DNA of 64,000 bases from Tubulanus polymorphus (Eukaryota > Animalia > Nemertea), in contig NC_134028.1 in the NCBI RefSeq assembly GCF_964204645.1, forward strand, positions 27,090,345-27,154,344. The letters are read 5' to 3'. Below the pieces are notes generated by a model. The model searched no databases, was not told where the DNA came from, and saw nothing but the letters and a program-made list of their open reading frames with translations. Shown here piece by piece: positions 52,371 through 64,000 of this stretch. Made by a program: the position numbers and the translations under genes. Numbering within the stretch: the stretch's first letter is position 1; every line of letters begins with the position of its first letter.

Positions 52371-53558
52371 ATGTATTTATTTATTGGTGAAAACTGACAA
52401 ACTTGCGGGTAAATAGTGAATAGAATATAGCGGAAAAATACCAAGCGACAATTTTTTGTTCATCCATTAGCAGACATCCGGGTATAATATGAATATTTAC
52501 ACACGATTTAAGGTTGTAAGATCCATTATATCTATATATACAAACTGTGCAGGCATTAAAAGACTAATTCTTAAAAATCTCTCGAGAAAACAGCGCAATT
52601 CTTAAACCAAATAAAATAACCACCAAAATATGTTCATAAACCATATTCTACACAAAGGTAGATCACATGACCTATAGCTCCTCGCTACGGGGAGGGGGGG
52701 CATTTCATACCCGGTGCCGCGAAACGAATTCAAAATTAAAATCACTAAATTATAAAAACACAATCAAAAAAGGAAACATAAATCAACAACTAATCAAATA
52801 TTGTATATATGTGATGTATATACATAAAGTAAATATGGCATCAACGAAGGCGTTTAGAATATTTTATATCACAGCTTAAGCATTCTCAAACATTGCACTA
52901 GATACAAAAAAATATGAAAAAGCGGCGCGCCTTAAATTCTATTATTAGCCATTTCCAAAATCTTCAACCGTTATAGAAAATTAGCTGAACCCAGTTTCAC
53001 AGTTGTGAGCTACGTTTGACCGTAGAGTTCAAATAAATGTTCATTTGTAATCAATATTCACTCTCTTTATAAACAATCATTGTAACTGGGTCAGGAATTT
53101 GATAAATGATTTTACTTAGATTCATAATCGTTCTTATTTACACTGTCAATTATTATTTACAAAATCAGCAGAATATAGTAGAATTTTTCCTGTTTAAATT
53201 CTATGTCGTTTTTCTATCGAAATTGAAAAGAACTTTTTCGAGAATCATTTTTTTTCGAAAAATCGAAAGGCTGAAGTGAAGACAGTTGTATTAAGATCAC
53301 AGTCAGTTATTAAGATACTTTACTGGACGGAATTATCATTTTTTAAATCACAGATTAAGTATTTATATATTCTTTATACACAAGCGGTTTTTAAAAAATT
53401 TGTTCACGAACAAATCGATTTTGTAATCAACAATTAAATAATTAAATTACGCCCAAATATTCTTCACAATAATTTCATGATAAATAAAACCAAAATGTTC
53501 AATATCATATGAACAAAATTCGAGAATATTTGATAATAATGTGAAATTCGCGTAGTTT

Positions 53559-56477
<2,919 letters not shown>

Positions 56478-57454
56478 TTTGAGGGACTAGTTACGGCTTA
56501 CTCCTAATAAGAAATAAATAAGAAAATACAAACATGTGAAATCATCACTATAAATATCACAAACTTTTCTATGATACGTCTGAGATTTGATATCAACAGA
56601 ATTCCCCTTTTCAATAGATCGTTACTTGGATTACTTAGTTCTCGGGGCTCTCTAAGTACCGTACGTGATGAAATCTAGTCAATGCGTGGATAAAACAGAG
56701 AACCACATGAAATAACTACTCGTTAAACTACAAAATAATTCCGGACTTTACTTATTCTAGTATAAACTTGGAAAGCGACCAAACAAATTGACGATTAATT
56801 AGTAACTTATGATACAAAAAAGTAGAATAGTAAAATGTTATGTCTGTAAATAGAATCCAATTCTTTTCGTCTCGGTTTTAAACCGACCAAAATAATTCAA
56901 TTCTATGTAAAAACGATCTCGATTACATTTATCCGTTCTTTTCAAGATATTCGATTGTAGTAAAACACATTTTATTGATAAAATCACGTTTAATTAATGA
57001 AAAAAGGTATACGATAAAATTTCAATAACTTACTATAAAATTAAGCTAAATTAAATCATGACTAAATAATTTTAATAACTAAAACTGAATTAAATATTCC
57101 TATCATAAAGTTGACCCCGTGCATTGTGAGCCTATCTGCGTGTAACGGATTTAAAGAGTTCTAAACCCACGGCAAACAAATGATTTCTAAGTTGTAAAAC
57201 CAGGCCCTGCGATCGACACCTCATTGAACAGTGGTTGTAATTATAGGCCCCGTTCAACATTCCGAAATTACTCTCAAATAACATGTTTGAAAATAAAAGA
57301 AAAAATCATTCCACAAACAAAGCCTTTACTCATAATCACGATATTTAACTTGCCTAATTTCCCGATAGTTGAAAATGTATCGAAGTCTAGTATTTATTTA
57401 GTTTAGTTGCGAGTTTAGTTTATTCCAGATAGTGCGGCTGTCAAGTGGTGGTTG

Positions 57455-57500
57455 TGTTTACAGTAACTGTCCCACAGTGCATTGCGCGATCGTCATGACA
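57455..57500. promoter_or_regulatory. Bidirectional TEKT3/NUBP1 promoter with forkhead (TGTTTAC) and weak X-box-like (GTCATGAC) motifs
   Basis: Motifs at 57455-57461 and 57492-57499 lie in a CpG-richer patch just upstream of the NUBP1 ATG. Confidence 0.35.
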
Positions 57501-57540
57501 CACGCGCTCTCCGGTGCGCGGAGGTAGGAATACGATCAAC

Positions 57541-58340
57541 ATGGCGGACGTACCAGAGAATGCACCTCAGCGTGAGTAGACACTTTTAGCTCGATTTTAT
57601 ACCGTTGTAAATGATGCCATTCATAAAACGAAAACGTTTATCATAGTTTGCAATGTTCTCGATTCAATAGTTTTTGGATTTTATTATTCGGATCAGTGTT
57701 TATTGGTCAATTAGTGTTTTAATAAATGGTCGTTTCAAAGTTCGAGTTTCAACCGACAGTAGACCTCACGTGCCAGTGCCGGTGTTACCTCGCTTGCCAG
57801 TTGCGGTTTAAGTCGCGTGCCGCAGCTGGACACCGGCTAGACCTCTGTCTATTTCACACGATCACTTTATATATAATGTTTCAGTAACAAGGAATCATTT
57901 TTTTTTCAAGTTAAATAATTTGTAGAATATATATTTTTAAACATGCACCTATTCATTGTTGATTAGATTGTCCTGGAACTCAAAGTGAAGATGCTGGTAA
58001 AGGTGATGCCTGTAAGGGCTGCCCTAATCAAAATATCTGTTCCAGTGGGTTACCTAAAGGACCTGACCCTGGTAAGTTCCATCTTAAACCTTCTCAAAAA
58101 TATTTCTTATGAAACTTTCATGATAAAACATATTTAAAACAATAAGTTTTATTTATCGATCTTTTTCTTCAATTTCTATGAAAACTTGTTTATTTTTTTT
58201 CCACAGCAATTGAAGATGTAAAACAACGAATGTCTGGAGTGAAGCATAAAATTCTCATTCTATCCGGGAAAGGTGGAGTCGGAAAAAGTACGTTTACAGC
58301 TCACCTTGCGCGAGGTCTAGCTCATAACCCTGATAAACAG
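57541..58340 (+). CDS. NUBP1: Cytosolic Fe-S cluster assembly factor NUBP1, first 3 exons (57541-57571, 57967-58071, 58207-58340); the rest lies beyond the window
   Basis: [35 protein letters not shown] (N-terminal 4-Cys Fe-S motif) and [14 protein letters not shown] (deviant Walker A). Confidence 0.95.
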
Positions 58341-61300
58341 GTAGGAAAATAACACTTTATTCAAATGGATTCAATTCCTCAGTTTAATTTGATTTAAAAG
58401 TTAGAATTTTAGTTCATTTTTGATTAGCTATAAGTATGTACACTCACTATGTGGAACTTGAACCTGTATTTGATTATTGGTATTTACTGAATATTTCACT
58501 ATGGGGGAAATTTAGGCAATAGCTACACAAGGAATAATAGATAACTAGCACACACTATAGTTATAGTTGATAGGGGGGAATATTGAATTTATTTGTCTTT
58601 AACTCGGTTACTGATGTATAAATATTTGATCAGTCCCAGCGCGATGCCTACCTTCCACTCACCGCATACAGAGTGAGGCTAACTTGTCTCATCCAGTGAG
58701 ACAACTAGTTACACGCTTTTATTATGGAAAAAATGAATATTTATCGGGATATTCAAAAATTCAATCTTGTACTAAACAGTTGTTCATAGAAATTTTATTA
58801 TCGCTGGCACAGACCCTGGCGAGTGTGGTTTCGTGTAATGACCTGATTTAGTTTTAAAGTTGTGGGAAAATTTACACAATACGTGACAATAAATCACCTT
58901 TGATTTGAATTGATGTGTTTCTAATTGCCGACCTGCATAGGTTCAACGATAAAAGAATGTGAATTTGATGACTGTAGTTTAGTAAATTTCATATCTTTAA
59001 TTCAAAGCTAAATCTAATCATTATGATCTCTCAGTAGATAATCAATGTTTATTAACAATCAAACGTTTCAATTGTCCCTCTATTTTTAACTACCCTATAT
59101 CTGTTCCCCTCTATCTCACTTCCCCCTCTCTTTACCTCCCCGGCCAGTGGAGCAGGTCCGACCTACTGATCTTGGTCAAACCAATAATTTCCCAAATCAG
59201 TGTCACCTGAGTTTGTAATTTTCAATTTCCACTCAAAATTCTCGCTCAAAATCGGCGGAATTTTATGATTCATATGCCAGGGAAAATGTCCCCAGACCCC
59301 CCACGCCCTGCACCCAGCTAAGTGCTTTCGTCACTTGCTGGTGACCTCTGACCTTTTAAAAGAGTACCACTAAATGTTTGGTGGTATCAATCCAATGCTT
59401 TTTCTCAGTGAATCTTCCACTCATACTCATCTCTCTCTCTACTCTCACTAGATTCAATTTGATGTTGTACTGTCAGGAAATGCTTCATTAAGTGTAATCT
59501 CTAAACTAGATGAATTCTCTGATCTGCCCTAGCTACAACACTGTTACTGTTAGGATTACTTCGTGATCAGTTGCTAGTCAATATTCAATTATACAAAAAC
59601 ATAGCACGATAAGAGCTGCAGTGAGGGTTGCTATTTGGTAGTCAACAAAAGGAGACTTGAAAGGTACAACAGATCTATCTAGGCATATACACATTGCTCT
59701 AAGATGCTGTTCATCCTATTGCGTGAATGACGCTGAACATTGAATTAATAAATGATTAAATTGTGTATTTAATATTTCTATTTCATTGTGTTTTCCTATG
59801 ATATTATTGTAGTTACTTCTGATGCAAAGCGCAGTCAAATATTCATTATTCCATTATCATCAATAATAAATGACTCTGATTAGGCCTATAATACAATGTG
59901 TTGAGGTGAAATGCTGGTCACGCCACTATTTAGTGTCTTACTTGTTCACCAGTTGTCAAGGCAAATAACGAACTAAATTCTCTCTCTACATTCAATCATG
60001 AATTGATCTTCAACTCTTCACTAAAACACGTCTAACGGTGTAAATCCCGAAATGGCATCATCGAATACACAAAGCCGATTTAATAAATCATATATTGACA
60101 GCGCGTAACTGGGTAATTGATGTATGTAGAATGAGGACAGGTATCGGATTACTCGGTACTACTGTTACCTGTCTCGCCTTCACTTACTCATTCTCTGTAC
60201 CTGTACTGTCAATATTCCATACTTCAATTATAGATAAATTCACTCAGTAGATTATTATTAACTGCTGGTTACAGTAAGTCTTTATTAGAGTCTCAGTTAT
60301 TCAAAGTTCTTAAACATGTATAGATCTATACATTTTCTAACAGCTCGAAATGTTAGAATCATCATCATCATCAACTGCGAGTTCATTTATCAATTCTCAC
60401 ATACATTACTAGATTCAATTGTAAATGCTTTCATTTTGTAAAATTGTCAAAAGGTATCTTTGCAAAATAATCTTTGAATGGGTTTTCTATATTTCTTATT
60501 CATTTCAAACTAAAACTAACTCTTTTAAATATTAAACGACTCAATATCTATCTGGGTAAAATAAGAAACAAACCGATCTTCAAAAACATTACACTACACA
60601 ATTTTGAATAAGAAAACAATATTTGACTTTTGATTGTCATCGTTCAATTTCATTCGTCTCTTTATTCAAACAGTTCATTATGAGAAGTTATAAATCAATT
60701 TACACACAACTGCCTGATTATTTTGTTTGTCTGATTATTTTGTTTGCGTAAATGATTTGAAAGTTTATAGAAATCATTACCACAAATATGAACAAATTTG
60801 CGTTCAATATTTGCTGAAAATATAACAGTGATCAAATCATAAATCAGAGCGTTTAGTATTCAGCTAATTGAGATTGAACTATTCACTATTACACATTGTT
60901 CAGTCTATTTACCGCTATTATTTATTACCTTGTCTCGTAAAACCTATGATTGCGTTGAACCAGTTTTAGAAGCTTAACTCGCGAGAAAACTTTCAGAAAA
61001 TTCGCCAATAGATTTCAAAACGATAAGAGTAGATCTTACCTGCGGGTTGTAAACAGTTAAAGAGAGTCAGGGGAGGAGTAATGTGACTGTCTCGTCGTCG
61101 TAGAGAGAGTCGTCGTAACTGTGGCTCAACACACAACTGTACGTTACCCTTGACAACGTGTAAATTACCCATAAGTCAACGGTAGTTCCTGTTGTAGAGA
61201 TTAGATAGAGTAGCGTTCACACTTCAACTCAAACCAGTATTTCATGTATTGTTAGGTGTCTTAGTTTATAACTGTTTCAGACAAAAGCCACTAGACTGTT

Positions 61301-62688
61301 CGTGATTATACACAGACAACCTGAACAATAATTCCTTCTAGAAGATTACTATGAATTACTGTTAATTCTCGTACAAATTTCCTGTATGAGAGAAAGACTA
61401 ATGATGTGTAGTTAAACCCTTGTAATAATCATTAATCAAGATTCCTAATGTATTTGAATTATTAAACCACTCATAACACTGTGTACATACGTACATTATG
61501 TTTATCATTTTAATGCAATTTCAACCAAATATTTTCCCTTATCTGTCTATCCCCTATCTGACTGCGGATCCCCTATCTCTACCAGAAATATTTCTGATAA
61601 TCTTTCAATAAATTTTTAGTCATTTTACAATTGTGGGATTTTTCTTCTCAATATTCCCTATTTCCTCGTGAAGACCTGTGATATGAAACTGGTATTAATG
61701 ACTCAAACTCTTGACTATTTTCAAGTGTTCTTCTTGTTGTTAATTCAAGAATGTTTAAGCAGCAATTCACTATCAATCCTGCACTGGTCTGATTGGAATG
61801 ACAGATTTGAATTCAAGTTAACTCATCGAAAATGAATTAATCTTAACCCTGAGTTAACTTTAGCTCACTAAAACTACTGTGGAACTAGATCAACGAAATG
61901 TATTTTGAATACAGTACAAAGAATACGTAATCTATTTCAAGTCTAATCAGGGGAACGTACTGCATGAATTCTAGATGCAGCATTTTCATAGTTCTCAAGA
62001 AATGAAAGTTTGACCTCAGTCACGACAGTGGAACAGTCTTTATTTCTCTTCATTCAATACATTAAAATACTCTTCATAGCTCGATGTATTAATCAAACTC
62101 AGAGAGCAATGACATGTTTAGTGAGAGTATTATTCATTTCTATTTCTTTAGTAGTTGTTATAAATAAACTGTAACTATTTGAAGTAAAAGTCGATGTTTC
62201 TCTATTAAACCTGTTATAGAGTAGACTATAATTATCTATTCTTGCAGTTGGAAGTTGTTCACGCGCTCTCAACTCTCATATTATTGATGTCTTTATTTGT
62301 GCGTCACAGTTCATATATATATACACCACCTATACCTTCAGCGAGTAGCCAAATAGTTTTACAAACTCCTAGATTCCTTAAAAACTCCTGAACAGAAAAT
62401 GCTTTTTGCCGAAACACCTTGAAAACTCCTTCAGTTTTGAGACTTAGTTGTGCGGTAAACTAGGCCTAAATCGGTACAGTTTGGACCAGGATTTATCCAA
62501 TTAGTCAGTTACCAAATTAAGTATAGGATACAAATGTGCTCACAAAACCAGTGAATTACTGGTTTATGTAGATAAACAGTAACAATTTAGGAGGAGTCTA
62601 CTGTGACTGGGATATGAAAGTGACGCAGACAATTCCTTGAAATCTGAAATTTTCTCCTTGAAAACTCTTTATATCGAGGAATGACTGA

Positions 62689-62993
62689 TCTGATACCGGT
62701 ATCCGATACTGGTATCTGATACCGGTATCCGATACTTGTATCTGATACCGGTATCCGATACTGGTATCTGATACCGGTATCCGATACTGGTATCTGATAC
62801 CGGTATCCGATACTGGTATCTGATACCGGTATCCGATACTGGTATCTGATACCGGTATCCGATACTGGTATCTGATACCGGTATCCGATACTGGTATCTG
62901 ATACCGGTATCCGATACTGGTATCTGATACCGGTATCCGATACTGGTATCTGATACCGGTATCCGATACTGGTATCTGATACCGGTATCCGAT
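62689..62993. repeat. 26-bp tandem repeat made of two 13-bp palindromic subunits (TCTGATACCGGTA / TCCGATACTGGTA)
   Basis: Visible periodicity. GATACCGGTATC is a perfect palindrome. Confidence 0.95.
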
Positions 62994-63886
62994 GGTGTTG
63001 TGTTGTGTATTTGTTTTATTTTCACATGATTGACTCGAATGAATGTGATGTATTTTTATGTCCGTGTTGCTACGGTTACAGGAAGTGTACTGTTGTACGA
63101 TCTCAATAACGCGAGTTCAGTTTCTATCATTTTATGATCCGTGGACATTTGATGGATGGAAGTTCGACATAAATCTGATAGAAACAGTAACAAAAAAGGT
63201 TGAACCTGGAAAATTCAGGGAATCAGAAAAATGTAGAAAAAATCAGAGAGTAACTCATGGAATTTGACAAATTTTGCCAAAAAACTGGAAAACCTTGAAT
63301 TTGGATAATGATATTCAAGATACGTGTTTCTAAATCAGTGCGTGATTCATGAGAAATTGATGAATTGTAATATTTAAAACCTAGAAATTTCTCTGATGCT
63401 ATCAGGGAATTTCGTGTAATTAGTGATCTGATCACGCAGCAATTTTGATAGTACTTAGGCCTATATTCAGATCATTTGTATTTCACAGTTTGTTAGAAAG
63501 CTAGGGCTACATCTGGGTGTTAGATGTGTGGGGCATCTTGACTTGTTTATTGCTCAATAACACAGCAAATAGGTTGTTTTGAATCGCCAATAAGTCGTAC
63601 TGTAAACATGTATAACAGGATAGTTTTTAACAGTTATATTCAATGTAGTTGTTGAATTGTTTGTAATTCAGTGAACTATAGAATATCCTTTTGTAACTGA
63701 CCTCAACTACAACCTTTTACAGCGAGCTCAACCGCTTAAATAACCTTAGTAGAGTATAATTACACCCCTAGAATTGTTTGCTTAACCACTAGCTAGCCGT
63801 GTGGTTATTTGTAACTATTTCGATCATAATGAATTAATACAAAGTTAATGCGGATAAGACCCCTCTAATTACCCACCGCATCATCT

Positions 63887-64000
63887 GAGACCCCCTTAGC
63901 CTACACCCTCCGAGACCCCCTTAGCCTACACCCTCCGAGACCCCCTTAGCCTACACCCTCCGAGACCCCCTTAGCCTACACCCTCCGAGACCCCCTTTGC
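63887..64000. repeat. 25-bp tandem repeat (GAGACCCCCTTAGCCTACACCCTCC), running to the window edge
   Basis: Visible periodicity. Confidence 0.9.

Noticed and set aside
58630-58716. Possible H/ACA snoRNA in the NUBP1 intron (TTGTCTCA..TGAGACAA stem followed by ACA)
   Set aside because: There is no convincing ANANNA H box or 5' hairpin.
62669-63025. 118-aa ORF of IPVSDTGIRYQYR repeats
   Set aside because: It is the translation of the 26-bp palindromic satellite.
63489-63545. Candidate NUBP1 exon 4 (..WVLDVWG..)
   Set aside because: It lacks the expected D.DICGPS motif, so the next exon probably lies beyond the window.

Overview
This is AT-rich, intron-containing animal genomic DNA. It is probably from a lophotrochozoan-type invertebrate, inferred from gene content and style; the species cannot be determined from the sequence. 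Manual GT-AG splicing gives these genes in order: a large polycystin-1/REJ-family receptor (minus, ATG 16872, runs off the left edge); a decayed VWA/HYR-like relic; a two-exon orphan class A GPCR; an RDH/17-beta-HSD-type short-chain dehydrogenase head-to-head with SNX29; a Josephin (JOSD1/2) deubiquitinase; two tandem three-exon genes for an unrecognised secreted 12-cysteine acidic protein plus a third pseudogenic cassette; and TEKT3/5 head-to-head with NUBP1 (truncated at the right edge). Introns carry many minisatellites and MITE-like palindromes. The most unusual observations are four. (1) Two copies of a tRNA-headed element carry small arrays of a 15-nt telomere-type repeat with unique 7-8 nt spacers. 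(2) The Cys-rich cluster has a variable N-half and a near-identical C-half. (3) Whole domains are inserted inside PKD folds of the polycystin, one as a phase-symmetric PAN+F5/8C exon cassette. (4) A ~490-bp foldback starts right after the SNX29 stop codon. All coordinates and translations were read by eye, and no database searches were run.
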